42,498 nucleotides of DNA, taken from positions 1-42,498 of the forward strand of contig JBDSEA010000230.1 of the NCBI GenBank assembly GCA_039920305.1, given 5' to 3'. The notes below the pieces were generated by a model. The model was not told the DNA's origin and did not search any database. It was given only the letters and a program-made list of their open reading frames with translations. This document shows, one piece after another, positions 10,195 to 20,470 of the stretch (its first letter is position 1; each line of letters begins with the position of its first letter). The translations under genes and the position numbers were made by a program. Source of the DNA: Chitinophagales bacterium. GTDB lineage: Bacteria; Bacteroidota; Bacteroidia; Chitinophagales; UBA10324.

Positions 10195-11370
10195 TCATCT
10201 TACCTCAAGCAAAAACCCTTTAAGGTAATTCGTCTCCGGAATATTCCAGACTACCGGATGGTCCTTTGATTGTGAAAGAAAAGCGACCTGTCTTATGGTC
10301 TTGCCCGCATCAGTCGCAGCCTGAGCAACCAGGTCGAAGAATGTTGCGGGATCAATAAAATGTGAGCATGAAAAAGTGAGCAGAAAACCACCGCTGCGAA
10401 TCAGCTTCATTGCCCGAAGATTGATTTCCTTGTAGCCCCGTGAAGCGCCTTCAACCCCGGAGCGACTTTTTGTAAAGGAGGGGGGATCCAGAATTATGAT
10501 GTCGAAAGATTTTTTCTCCTTTACCCATTGTGGTAAAATATCAAATGCGTTACATGTTTGAAAATCAAAATCACAACTGAAATTATTTAGTGAAATGTTT
10601 TCTTTTGCTTGCTGAATTGCATCCTCTGATGCATCCAGGGCTACCACTTTTTTTGCCCCAAACTTTGCCGCATACAGCCCAAAAGCACCCGTGTAGCAAA
10701 AGCAATCGAGCACTTCTGCGCCTTTTGATATATTTCGAAGAGCTAACCGGTTCTCCTGCTGATCGAGAAAGAATCCCGTTTTTTGTCCTTGCTCTATATC
10801 AATTTTAAATTTGATTCCATGTTCTTCAATTTCAAATTGTAAAGGGAAAGGATCTGAGAGAAATCCTTTCTGCACATCAAGTCCTTCGAGTTTCCTTACC
10901 GGCACATCATTCCGCTCGTAGACTTTTGTTGCTTCAAAATCTTTCTTCAATATCGAAACAATTTCATTTTTCCAGCGATCCATTCCCAGGGAGAGTGTTT
11001 GCAATACAAATACATCCCTGAACTTATCAATAATTAATGCAGGAAGAAAATCTCCTTCTCCGAAAACAAGTCGAAAATTTTCACCGCAGCCGATTTTCTT
11101 TCTGTAATCGCTGCAGGCCAATAATTTCTTACGAAAAAAACCCTCATTGATCTTCTCGCTTTGCAATCTTGTTAAAAGACGGACGGCGATCTGTGATCTG
11201 GGATTGTAATAGCCACAACCGATAAATTTGCCACGCTCATCTTTTATATCAGCAATAGATCCGGCTTCAATAGTTCCCCTGATGCTCTCAATTTCATTTC
11301 CATAAATCCAGGGATGACCATTTACAATGCGCGGATGCCTCCCGCGCTTCAAAATAATTTCACTCTTCAT
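10195..11370 (-). CDS. rlmI: RlmI-like class I SAM-dependent rRNA m5C methyltransferase with PUA domain
   Basis: GHPWIY PUA start; GQKTGFFLDQ; LDCFCYTGAF; ILDPPSF; FSCS catalytic motif; YLKG. The exact target nucleotide cannot be determined from sequence. Confidence 0.85.
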   Translation of the reverse strand: MKSEIILKRGRHPRIVNGHPWIYGNEIESIRGTIEAGSIADIKDERGKFIGCGYYNPRSQIAVRLLTRLQSEKINEGFFRKKLLACSDYRKKIGCGENFRLVFGEGDFLPALIIDKFRDVFVLQTLSLGMDRWKNEIVSILKKDFEATKVYERNDVPVRKLEGLDVQKGFLSDPFPLQFEIEEHGIKFKIDIEQGQKTGFFLDQQENRLALRNISKGAEVLDCFCYTGAFGLYAAKFGAKKVVALDASEDAIQQAKENISLNNFSCDFDFQTCNAFDILPQWVKEKKSFDIIILDPPSFTKSRSGVEGASRGYKEINLRAMKLIRSGGFLLTFSCSHFIDPATFFDLVAQAATDAGKTIRQVAFLSQSKDHPVVWNIPETNYLKGFLLEVR

Positions 11371-11450
11371 CAGCGAAAAATAATCTTTGCGGTTCAGTTC
11401 TTATATAATGATTTTCCTTTGCAGCTTTCAATAACTCTCAAATAATATTT

Positions 11451-12026
11451 ATGAATACACCATTGTTATCCTTTGTTGTAATTATCATTTCGATGCTTCA
11501 AATACAGCAATCTTCCTGTCAGCAGGATTCTAAGATCAATAAGCCGCTACTTCCATTTGCTGTAGGTAATGAATGGATTTACAGTGATTCGGTTTTTACT
11601 GATGGTTCCTTTTCATCAGTTAAGAATGATACAGATCGCATTGTTTCACGATCAACCTTCGAGGGAAATCCAACATTCACCTTTTCTGACGGGAGGGAAT
11701 TGTTGCTTAAAGGCGATTCACTTTTTCAGCTCGTTCGGCAACGAACAGGATTAAAATTTCCCACACCGGTCTTTTTTCCGGTTGAAACCGAAACAACTTT
11801 CAATTATGCTTTTGGCGGAGATGTAATGAAGCAGCAAACAGTGAGTAAAATGAAGGCTTGTCCGGAAAATTCGTGGAATGCTTCAAATTGTTACCTTGTT
11901 ACTGACGGATGTAACGGTGAAAAAATATTTGGAAATGGAACAGGAGTTATATGGGAAAAGAAAACTGATTGTTCTTCGAAAGATTATTCAGTGAGAACCT
12001 TGATAAAAATGAAGATAATCAGGTAG
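11451..12026 (+). CDS. Hypothetical exported protein
   Basis: N-terminal hydrophobic signal; LPFAVGNEWIY; beta-rich body ending in GTGVIW. Confidence 0.75.
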   Translation: MNTPLLSFVVIIISMLQIQQSSCQQDSKINKPLLPFAVGNEWIYSDSVFTDGSFSSVKNDTDRIVSRSTFEGNPTFTFSDGRELLLKGDSLFQLVRQRTGLKFPTPVFFPVETETTFNYAFGGDVMKQQTVSKMKACPENSWNASNCYLVTDGCNGEKIFGNGTGVIWEKKTDCSSKDYSVRTLIKMKIIR

Positions 12027-12047
12027 CTTATTCTCATCGCATTCATT

Positions 12048-12080
12048 AAAAAAGAAGGCGCATTCATGATGCGCCTTCTT
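12048..12080. terminator. Rho-independent terminator between convergent genes (U-tract on the minus strand, possibly bidirectional)
   Basis: Perfect 12-bp stem aagaaggcgcat / atgcgccttctt, 5-nt loop, A-tract at 12048-12053. Confidence 0.85.
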
Positions 12081-12098
12081 AGCTTATGGATTAGTATT

Positions 12099-13439
12099 TC
12101 AGGAATTTTTAACCAGCTTGATCGTCTGTTTCAATTCACCATTTACTGTAACCCTGGCAACATAAATGCCCGGAAGTAAAGCCATGCCTGCATGAATGTC
12201 ATTTCCAATGAATACATGCTGTTCAAGAAGCTTACCGGTTAGATCATAAATCCCAATGGATGTCCCCGTTTCAAGCTGCGCACCTGAAAAATTAAAATAT
12301 TCAGAAGCGGGATTTGGTGAAACGAATACAGTGTTATGTGCTGCTCCTGTTTTGCATACATTATTAACCACGGTTGCCTTTGATGTTTTTTTACATCCGG
12401 TCACCGAGTTAGTTACTGTAACTTTGTAAGCTCCGGCTGCCACTACGTCGAGTGTACTGTTCGTTGCACCCGAAATTGCACTGCCATCTTTCTTCCATTT
12501 GTAAGTAAGGTTTGCGCCGGTATTCGCGCTTAGGATTACATGATCTGCAGCGCACTTATTTACAGTTCCTGAAGGGGTGATATTTGCTGCAGGCTTTGAA
12601 TTTTCTGTTACTACAATTGAATTGGAAGAAGTAGTGCCGCAGCTATTGCTTACCTGAACAGAGTAGGTACCACTGCCTGTAACCGTGTAGCTTTGATTGG
12701 TTGCACCTGAAAGGTTAGAGTTACCTTTTTTCCATTGATAAGTTAATCCTGAAGCTGCTGCTGTTAAAGTTACACTGCCTCCTCCACAAAAGGTAGTAGG
12801 TCCATCTGCTGTTATAGCTGCATCATTTGCAGAAGGAATAGTGTTTACAGTTACTGTAATTGAGCTGGAGCTTGCTGAGTTGCCGCAGTTGTTGGTTACT
12901 GTAAGTGAGTAGCTGCCACTGCTTGTAGCCACCAGGGTGCTTGAAGTGGCACCGGGAACAAGAGATCCATCTTTTTTCCATTGGTATGAAGAAAATACCG
13001 GGCCTCCATTTTGGGTAAGTGTTACAGATCCTCCACTGCAAAAAGTTGTGGAACCAATGGAACTGATGGTTACAGATGGGGTGGCACATACTACAGTAAA
13101 ACTTCCAAGCATGGTGGTTGGATGAATATTGCATTTATAATTATACGTGCCGGTTACAGAAGGAACATAAATAAAGGAAGTGTTCCCGGAAGATGAATTT
13201 ATTGCATGATCCCAGGAATTGGCGCCATTGGGAATAGTTGTAGACTTGGTGGTATGAGAACCGCTTACCCAAACCCACTTTACAGTATCACCAAGATTAA
13301 TAGTAAAAGTTGAAGGTGTAAATGCAAAATTCGTAACATCAACTTTTTGAATTGCCGCAGATGCTTGATGTGATAAAAACAATACAGCAACAGAGATAAA
13401 AATGGTATTCAGAATGTGATTTTTGTAATGGTTTTTCAT
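12099..13439 (-). CDS. Secreted plastocyanin/cupredoxin-domain protein with three Ig-like repeats and T9SS CTD
   Basis: Signal peptide ends ASA. Cupredoxin motif FTPSTFTINLGDTVKW with type-1 Cu ligands H62, C103, H106, M110 (CNIHPTTM). Three repeats of C..GSVTL...Y(Q/K)WKK.G..GAT...G.Y.V.V.N..C. C-terminal VSPNPA...PGIYVARV...KLVK CTD. Confidence 0.88.
   Translation of the reverse strand: MKNHYKNHILNTIFISVAVLFLSHQASAAIQKVDVTNFAFTPSTFTINLGDTVKWVWVSGSHTTKSTTIPNGANSWDHAINSSSGNTSFIYVPSVTGTYNYKCNIHPTTMLGSFTVVCATPSVTISSIGSTTFCSGGSVTLTQNGGPVFSSYQWKKDGSLVPGATSSTLVATSSGSYSLTVTNNCGNSASSSSITVTVNTIPSANDAAITADGPTTFCGGGSVTLTAAASGLTYQWKKGNSNLSGATNQSYTVTGSGTYSVQVSNSCGTTSSNSIVVTENSKPAANITPSGTVNKCAADHVILSANTGANLTYKWKKDGSAISGATNSTLDVVAAGAYKVTVTNSVTGCKKTSKATVVNNVCKTGAAHNTVFVSPNPASEYFNFSGAQLETGTSIGIYDLTGKLLEQHVFIGNDIHAGMALLPGIYVARVTVNGELKQTIKLVKNS
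12360..13079 (-). repeat. Three tandem ~80-aa Ig-like protein repeats within the cupredoxin gene
   Basis: TTFCSGGSVTLT...YQWKKDG; TTFCGGGSVTLT...YQWKKGN; NKCAADHVILS...YKWKKDG, each with a pair of Cys. Confidence 0.8.
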
Positions 13440-13474
13440 GAAACATAGGTTTTTTAGTGAACAAGGATAGGCAT

Positions 13475-13482
13475 CAAAGTTA
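13475..13482 (-). promoter_or_regulatory. -7 promoter element (TAACTTTG) for the cupredoxin gene
   Basis: Exact TAnnTTTG match 35 nt upstream of the ATG at 13439. Confidence 0.7.
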
Positions 13483-13573
13483 AAGGTGCCGGTGTAACTG
13501 CAAAATTAATTTATCACAAATGGAAATTGCGCAGCGTTAAGAAACGAATTATTTTTTAGCTGAAAATTTGAAC

Positions 13574-13606
13574 AAAAAAAAGGAGGATCACTCCTCCTCC
13601 TTTTTT
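13574..13606 (-). terminator. Rho-independent terminator after susD
   Basis: Stem aaaaaaggagga / tcctcctttttt flanked by A- and T-tracts, 14 nt past the susD stop. Confidence 0.8.
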
Positions 13607-13620
13607 CAATGATTAAAATT

Positions 13621-14955
13621 TCAAAATTCGCTTACCGGCAATGGAAATTCAACCCATACATCATCACTCACTCTGTCAATCGGCAACTGATCCAGTCTGT
13701 TGTACCGCCGCATATCAATCCAGCGGTGTGCTTCTGCAAATAAAGAATAACGTCTTTGTTTGAGCATTTCATCAGTCAGGCTGGCCTGGTCAATTATTCC
13801 CGCATAAGCAGGTAACCCGGCGGCTATTCTTACTGCATCAAGGTCGGTTTTTGCACCTGCTAAGTCACCAGTCTGAATTTTTGCTTCAGCAGAAATAAGG
13901 ATCAGTTCCTCATTCCTGATAATACTGACTGGTGCATCCTGTGAAGACCAGACATTAACATCATAGTTGCTTGAAAGTGAATCAGGTGATTGTGCTGTTG
14001 TTGCCCTCAAGCTCGCTTTAGAAAGGCGTGCATCACCCGGCTCAGCATCTGTTACATAGCTTTCCTGTACAACGCGGGAATCTGTTTCAACCGAATTCAG
14101 TGGTTTATAGAGAACATTGGGTATATCCCCGCTTGCCGTGGAAAATGAAACATAGGTGCCTGCATACAGATCTCCCGAAGCGTTAATAAAAGAAGCAGAC
14201 AAGTCAGTGATTGCTTCGCTGAAGTTACCACTGTAAACATCAACACGTGCTTTAAGGCCACGGTTAAATTTTGAAAACTCTGCAGGAGTATTAAATCCGT
14301 CAAATCCTGATGAAAGTGTGAAAAGGAATTCGGTGCCTGAATTTTGGAGATCAGTATATCCCTCATCAAGCAGTGCAGCGATATCAATGAGTGCCTGGGC
14401 ATAAGAAACTATGGGTCCCATATTGTTCGGATCCTCAACATCCGTGCGAATGCCGTTATTGTAAGTCATATTTGATGCATAGAGTAATTCCAGAGCCTGC
14501 ATGGTTTTGGCAAATCCCAGATAGCCATTCTTTTGTTCCTGTGTTATTGCGGCAGGAGTATTTTCAACAGCATGCCTGAGAACCCAGCCATTGCGAACCA
14601 CCCGATAGAACTGGCTCCATGGATTTACGATATAAAATGCGGCATTATCCAGGGTAGATCCGCTATTGCCGAGCAGTTCACCCGTAAACCTTGGATCGGC
14701 ACCTGAAATACGATAGTAATCCCTGCCAATTATAGAGCAGTCATCAACATAAGTATCGAGGAAATTACGCATTCCTGAAAGCGTTCCCGACACCAGGTTA
14801 TTCATCTCATCTACCGATGCGTTGTTTTCAAGAGTTCCAATGCTGGGAAAATTTGGATCTTCTACTTTTTCAATGGTGCACGAAGAATAAGCAATCATGA
14901 TGAAGGCAGAAATCATCATCGTTAATGCAAGGTTAATATTTATGTGGTTTTTCAT
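13621..14955 (-). CDS. SusD/RagB-family outer-membrane nutrient-binding lipoprotein
   Basis: Lipobox YSS|C followed by charged residues; IIRNEELILISAEA; QRRYSLFAEAHRWIDMRR; lies directly downstream of susC. Confidence 0.92.
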   Translation of the reverse strand: MKNHININLALTMMISAFIMIAYSSCTIEKVEDPNFPSIGTLENNASVDEMNNLVSGTLSGMRNFLDTYVDDCSIIGRDYYRISGADPRFTGELLGNSGSTLDNAAFYIVNPWSQFYRVVRNGWVLRHAVENTPAAITQEQKNGYLGFAKTMQALELLYASNMTYNNGIRTDVEDPNNMGPIVSYAQALIDIAALLDEGYTDLQNSGTEFLFTLSSGFDGFNTPAEFSKFNRGLKARVDVYSGNFSEAITDLSASFINASGDLYAGTYVSFSTASGDIPNVLYKPLNSVETDSRVVQESYVTDAEPGDARLSKASLRATTAQSPDSLSSNYDVNVWSSQDAPVSIIRNEELILISAEAKIQTGDLAGAKTDLDAVRIAAGLPAYAGIIDQASLTDEMLKQRRYSLFAEAHRWIDMRRYNRLDQLPIDRVSDDVWVEFPLPVSEF

Positions 14956-14974
14956 TATTCAGTGGTTTAAATGT

Positions 14975-17971
14975 TCAAAAATTAAAGTTAACTGATGCAT
15001 AGAATTGCTTGGCAGAAGGAAACGGATTTACCTCCACGCCACTTGCCAGGCCGGAATTCACAAAATTGGAAACCTCCGGATCATAGCTGTTGTATTTAAA
15101 CCAGTTGAGTGGATTTCTTGCTGCAAGTCCTATCCTGGCCCCTTTTACTATTCCATTTGTTTTGCCGGCAAGACTTTTCGAATCGAAGGTATAATACAAT
15201 CCAATTTCACGAAGCCGTACATACCCGGTACTTTCAATGAATGGTGAAGCAGACAGGCCTCCGAGATACTGACCGATTCTGTATGGGCCATTTGGTGTTT
15301 CACCTGCCGGATCGAGGGTTAGGTCATCGTAATCATGGCTTGTTCCTCCAAAGTCTGACAATAGGTTCGTGAGGTTTGCACCTTCACCACCACGTTTCCA
15401 GTGAAACAGAAAGGTTAGTTCCCAATTTTTAAATCTGAAATCTTCGTAGAAAGTCATTTGAAACCTGGGCTCAAAATCTCCGTACACCACATATTCATTT
15501 CCTTCTCCTTTTAAACTATCCGGACCCACCCCCACCAGCTGAGTTGCACTCTTACCGGTATCTATATAAAATGTTCCAAGTGAAGCACCGAAGCCACCCA
15601 ATGTGAAGGCGGGAACATCAAGTCTGGTAATTTTAGAGCGGTTCAGCCAGAAATTAATTCTATTATTCCATTCAAAATTTTTGCTCTTTATCAATTCAGT
15701 GCCAAGGCCTAACTCGATTCCTTTATTTTCCAGGCTTGCTGCATTGCTGACCTGTGATGTAAACCCGGAAGAAAATGGAACCTGTACTACAATAAACATA
15801 TCATCAACCTCTTTTTTGTAGTAGGTTGCTTCCAGGGTAATTTTATCATTAAGAAAACCAAGATCAAGTCCGAATTCAAGCTCCTTCTGTCTTTCAGGAC
15901 CAATTGAGTCATTACCTAGGGCTGAGTTGACCAGAAGTCCTGCTGAGTTATCAATAATCACCTGACCGAGGTTGGTAAATTGGGAACCAAATACCGGGAA
16001 ATTACCAGATTGACCATATGCAATGCGCGGTTTAATTAGTGTTATGGCGTTAGATTGCCAAAAATCAAATTCTGCAAAGTTGATTGCCAGAGATGCTTTT
16101 GGATAATAGTAAAGTTTGTTAGGGTCAAAATCGTTTGAGGACTTATCTGCACGGAAACCAAGCGTTGCGATGATCCTGTCATCCCAGTTCACTTCTTCCT
16201 GGGCAAAACCACCAAAATCCAATTGAAGGGAACGAAACTGATAAATAGAAACAGATCCCGCCTGGCTTACATTGGTTTGCCCGGTAATGAGCTGAGTGGC
16301 AGTATTGATAATGGTATTTCGGGTAAAACTTTCACGTGCTAACCCCGCCTGGGTTCTGAAGGTAACTTTAGGTGCATAAAATACGTGAACCAAAATCGCA
16401 CTTTCATTATTGTTGAAAGTACCGGTCGTGCCCTGAATGGAAGCGCCATTAGTACCGTTGCCATCTTTTTCGAATTGCAGCTCCTGCGGAAATATGGCGG
16501 TTGTACGCAAGGCATAATCATCCAGCCCGCCCTGCAAAATCAATTTCAAAGAATTTTTTTCAGTATTCAGAATTTTTGCGGTCAGGGTACCGCCAAAAAT
16601 GAAACGATCTACAGCTTCATTGTTGGTGATGAGTGCAGCTGTTTGTAAAAAGTTTGATGGATTATACAGGTTATTAGGGTATGAGCCGTCAGGATTAGGA
16701 TGCAGTTCAGCCCATGATGGGGTAAATGCGAGTGCAATGCTCATGGTAGTGTTGCTGTTATCATTACCAAAGTAACCCCGGTCAGCACTAGATTTAATAT
16801 AATTGCTCGATACAGAAAGTTCAAGATTATTTGAAATCTCATGATTCACATTTAATCGCAAGCCGGTTTTTACATATCCTGTGTTTTCTACTATTCCACT
16901 CTCATCGCGGTGAAATCCACTTGCATAAAATGCAGTTTTGTCATTTCCGCTGGATATAGATAACCGGGAATCAGAAATCAATCCGTGGTTTCCATAAAGT
17001 TCATTTTCATAATCGTAATAATGACCGGAAGATTTTGCATCCAGAAAATTTTGAACTTCACCTTCACCATAGGTTGCTGCTACCTTGGCTGTATCCCAGT
17101 CACGTACACCAAGAGGATTCAAAATTTGCTGCCATCCCAGGGTTTGGGAGAAGGAAATCTGCGGAGCACCGCTAACTTCTCTTCCCCGCTTGGTAGTAAT
17201 AATAACCACACCACCGGCAGCACGTGAGCCATAAATTGCAGCAGCAGAAGCTCCCTTCAGAATTTCAACTGATTGAAAATCTCCCGGATCTAAATCCGCT
17301 ATCCGGTTGGAAGGATTATCCTGATTATAAAATGCTGTATTGCCTCCTGCAGCTGACTTGGATACTGTAGCTAAACCTGCAGAAACGGAAGTATTATCAA
17401 CATATACCCCATCAATAATGTAGAGTGGCTGAGCAGGAGCATTGATGGAGGTAAGACCCCGCATTCTTACATTAATTCCACCACCGGGAGCACCGGAGTT
17501 TTGCGTAATCTGGACACCAGCAAATTTTCCCTGAAGTGCCGCATCAAATGTAGAGGGTGTGGTGATGCCCGTGAGTTCTTTTGAGCTGACTTCAGCCACT
17601 GCATTAGCCGAATTTGAGCGCTTAACAGTTGTAGCCAATCCTGAAACAATCACTTCTTCAAGATCAGAACTGGTTTCAACCATCGTAAGATCAATTGCAG
17701 ATGACGAGGAAACTGTCTTTTCTTCAGTACGAAAACCCACGTATGAAAATTCCAGTTTAGCGGATGCGGTGGAAACATGGATATTGTACTTACCGTCAGC
17801 ATCGGTTGTGGTTCCTGTATTCGTATTTTTTACTGCTACCGTAACACCGGTGAGCGGTTCACCTCTTTCATTTTTTACAGTTCCTGAAATATCAAATTGT
17901 GCATCTGCTTTATTCAGGAGTGCAGTCATTAACAATAACAGAAGAGAGAATTTGAGGAGTAAGATTTTCAT
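14975..17971 (-). CDS. SusC/RagA-family TonB-dependent outer-membrane transporter
   Basis: N-terminal ISGTVK...PLTGVTV...GTTTDADGKY domain; SGAPGGG.NVRMRG; PLYIIDGV; EILKGASAAAIYGSRAAGGVVIITTKRG; YDPEV; terminal Phe. Confidence 0.96.
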   Translation of the reverse strand: MKILLLKFSLLLLLMTALLNKADAQFDISGTVKNERGEPLTGVTVAVKNTNTGTTTDADGKYNIHVSTASAKLEFSYVGFRTEEKTVSSSSAIDLTMVETSSDLEEVIVSGLATTVKRSNSANAVAEVSSKELTGITTPSTFDAALQGKFAGVQITQNSGAPGGGINVRMRGLTSINAPAQPLYIIDGVYVDNTSVSAGLATVSKSAAGGNTAFYNQDNPSNRIADLDPGDFQSVEILKGASAAAIYGSRAAGGVVIITTKRGREVSGAPQISFSQTLGWQQILNPLGVRDWDTAKVAATYGEGEVQNFLDAKSSGHYYDYENELYGNHGLISDSRLSISSGNDKTAFYASGFHRDESGIVENTGYVKTGLRLNVNHEISNNLELSVSSNYIKSSADRGYFGNDNSNTTMSIALAFTPSWAELHPNPDGSYPNNLYNPSNFLQTAALITNNEAVDRFIFGGTLTAKILNTEKNSLKLILQGGLDDYALRTTAIFPQELQFEKDGNGTNGASIQGTTGTFNNNESAILVHVFYAPKVTFRTQAGLARESFTRNTIINTATQLITGQTNVSQAGSVSIYQFRSLQLDFGGFAQEEVNWDDRIIATLGFRADKSSNDFDPNKLYYYPKASLAINFAEFDFWQSNAITLIKPRIAYGQSGNFPVFGSQFTNLGQVIIDNSAGLLVNSALGNDSIGPERQKELEFGLDLGFLNDKITLEATYYKKEVDDMFIVVQVPFSSGFTSQVSNAASLENKGIELGLGTELIKSKNFEWNNRINFWLNRSKITRLDVPAFTLGGFGASLGTFYIDTGKSATQLVGVGPDSLKGEGNEYVVYGDFEPRFQMTFYEDFRFKNWELTFLFHWKRGGEGANLTNLLSDFGGTSHDYDDLTLDPAGETPNGPYRIGQYLGGLSASPFIESTGYVRLREIGLYYTFDSKSLAGKTNGIVKGARIGLAARNPLNWFKYNSYDPEVSNFVNSGLASGVEVNPFPSAKQFYASVNFNF

Positions 17972-18132
17972 ATACCGGAATGGGATTTGTTTGAAACAAT
18001 GTTAGTGAAGTTTTTTATTATTCAGGAAATATAAAAGCAACAAGTTATTAGCATCTGCAATGTGAATTATTATAGATGAAGGCGAAATCCTTTTGGTTGC
18101 AAAATAAAGTAAGGCAGCTAACTTCAACCGGT

Positions 18133-18597
18133 ATGAATGAATTGAAGACTGCTCCTGAATCAATTACTATTCGTGTATACGGGTTATTAATTGATGAAAA
18201 AAGAATTTTAATCGCTGATGAATTTCAACAAGGAATAAGGTTTTCAAAATTCCCGGGAGGTGGTCTGGAATTAGGAGAAGGCATGAATGATTGCCTGATC
18301 CGTGAATGGAGGGAGGAGCTCCATCAAACAATTGACATTGTGGAACACTTTTACACGACTGACTTCTTTCAGATTTCTGCATTTAACCCGAGGCAGCAGG
18401 TTATCAGTATTTATTTTCTGGTCCGGCCTGTGGATGAGCCGATTAATCAGGTTTCTGAAGTGCCCTTCGATTTTTCAATTAAAAAGGGCGAGACACAATC
18501 ATTCCGATGGGTTGCGTTAAACAATTTTTCTGAAAAGGATGTAACGTTTCCTATTGACAAACTGGTAGCGAAAATGATTTTTGAAAAATTCACTTAA
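18133..18597 (+). CDS. NUDIX hydrolase
   Basis: Nudix box FPGGGLELGEGMNDCLIREWREEL. The start is more likely the ATG at 18133 than 18076. Confidence 0.9.
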   Translation: MNELKTAPESITIRVYGLLIDEKRILIADEFQQGIRFSKFPGGGLELGEGMNDCLIREWREELHQTIDIVEHFYTTDFFQISAFNPRQQVISIYFLVRPVDEPINQVSEVPFDFSIKKGETQSFRWVALNNFSEKDVTFPIDKLVAKMIFEKFT

Positions 18598-18726
18598 AGA
18601 TCAGGCCTTTTTAAATGGAAATTCAAAAGGAAGCATGGCAAACCGCTTCAATAGTAAAAAGCCTCTTTCAAGACAATTTATCCACCTGTGCTTTGAGGAC
18701 TACTTCCGGTATGAATAGATTATACT

Positions 18727-20283
18727 TTACCTGTTCGCCAGCCTTATTACTGGAACAATCATTTCCTCAAGTGAAATTCCGCCATGCTGAAAAGTATTGC
18801 GATACATGTTCACGTGGAAATTGTAATTATTCGGATAAACAAAGTATTTATCTTCCTTAGCAAATATATAGGATGAGCTCACATGCGGCTTAGGCAGCAT
18901 CAGCTCAAGCGGATTGCGTGATTCAAGAACATCTTTAGGGTTGTAATTTAAATTCTTACCGTGCTTATACCTGAGGTTTGTTGTGGTTTCGCGGTCACCA
19001 ATAACCTTTGCAGGTTCTTTAACCCTAATCGTTCCATGATCGGTGGTGATGATGAGGTTTACTTTCTTTTCCGAAATGCGAAGCAGGGCCTCATGCAGCG
19101 GTGAATGCTCAAACCAGGAATGCGTGATGGAGCGATATGCAGTTTCATCACTTGCAAGTTCCTTCAGCACATCCATTTCAGTTCTGGCATGCGAAAGCAT
19201 ATCCACAAAGTTGTAAACGATAACATTTAAATCATTGGTAAGCAGGTTGTAGATATTGTCCACTAATTCCTTACCGTGATAGTTATTGGTGATCTTGGTA
19301 TAAGAAAATTTAAGATTTTTCTTCAGCCTGATTAGTTGATCGGCAAGAAATTCCTGCTCGTGCATATTCTTGCCACCTTCTTCCTCATCATTGAGCCACA
19401 AATTCGGAAAGCGCTTCTCTATTTCAAGCGGCATCATTCCGGCAAAAAGCGCATTGCGGCAATAGTGTGTTGAGGTGGGAAGAATGCTGTAGAAATAATC
19501 CTCGTCAGTTACACGGTAAGTTTCTGAGATGATGGGTTGAATGATTTTCCATTGATCGAAGCGAAGGTTATCAATCACTACGAGAAAGGTAGGGACACCG
19601 GGCTCAATGTATGGCAATACCTTTGTGCGCAGCAGGTTGTGAGACATTGTGGGTGCGTTATCATCCGGTTTGTTCACCCAGTTCTTATAGTTCTTAATGA
19701 TGAATTTACAGAACTCAGTATTCGCCTCACTCTTCTGCATGGTAAGAACATCACGCATGCTTTCTGTTTTTGCATGATCAAGTTCCAGTTCCCAGTAAAT
19801 GAGGTTGCGGTAAACTTCTGCCCATTCTTCCTGGTTTAGTCCGGCACTGATGCGGGAGAAAATTTGCTGAAACTGCTGCTGGTATGCCGAGGTGGTTTTT
19901 TCAGAAATCAACCGCCTGTTATCGAGTAGTTTTTTCAGGGTTAGTAAAATCTGCTGGGGCTTAACCGGCTTTATCAGGTAATCGCTGATTTGCGAGCCGA
20001 TCGCCTCTTCCATCAGGTTCTCTTCCTCACTTTTAGTGATCATCACGATCGGTACATTGGGCTGAACATTTTTGATGTCACTGAGCGTTTCCAGTCCGCT
20101 TCTTCCCGGCATCTGCTCGTCCAGAAAAACGATATCGAGAATTTCCTCCTTGCATTTCTCAAGGGCATCCACACCATTACTGGCTTCAATAATGTGATAT
20201 CCCTTCTCTCTTAAAAAAAGAATCTGGGGCTTCAATAATTCAATCTCATCATCCACCCAAAGGATGGTAGGTTCGTTAGCCAT
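18727..20283 (-). CDS. porX: PorX-type response regulator (receiver + PglZ/alkaline-phosphatase-like domain)
   Basis: Receiver domain ILWVDDEIELLKP...FLDEQMPG...ITKSEEE...KP. PglZ motifs IDNLRFDQW, LPTST, FVDMLSH, TTDHG and FQHGGISLEEM. Confidence 0.93.
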   Translation of the reverse strand: MANEPTILWVDDEIELLKPQILFLREKGYHIIEASNGVDALEKCKEEILDIVFLDEQMPGRSGLETLSDIKNVQPNVPIVMITKSEEENLMEEAIGSQISDYLIKPVKPQQILLTLKKLLDNRRLISEKTTSAYQQQFQQIFSRISAGLNQEEWAEVYRNLIYWELELDHAKTESMRDVLTMQKSEANTEFCKFIIKNYKNWVNKPDDNAPTMSHNLLRTKVLPYIEPGVPTFLVVIDNLRFDQWKIIQPIISETYRVTDEDYFYSILPTSTHYCRNALFAGMMPLEIEKRFPNLWLNDEEEGGKNMHEQEFLADQLIRLKKNLKFSYTKITNNYHGKELVDNIYNLLTNDLNVIVYNFVDMLSHARTEMDVLKELASDETAYRSITHSWFEHSPLHEALLRISEKKVNLIITTDHGTIRVKEPAKVIGDRETTTNLRYKHGKNLNYNPKDVLESRNPLELMLPKPHVSSSYIFAKEDKYFVYPNNYNFHVNMYRNTFQHGGISLEEMIVPVIRLANR

Positions 20284-20470
20284 CTTAAAAAGATTAGTAT
20301 TAAATAAATAGAAATAAAAATGAAAAAGAAATCGGAATAGAGAAGGTAATAGTCAGTCGATAAGGTGTAGTTGCATATTAAGGATAGAATCGATTTCCCG
20401 GAATTGTGAAACTCTTAAGCAGGTTTCGATTTGCTATTTTCACGCCAAAGTACCGTCAAAAAAGTTATAA

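Noticed and set aside
17559-18005. 148-aa antisense ORF over susC, and the many other short overlapping ORFs in the track
   Set aside because: These are shadow frames of well-supported genes, with no motifs or expression signals.
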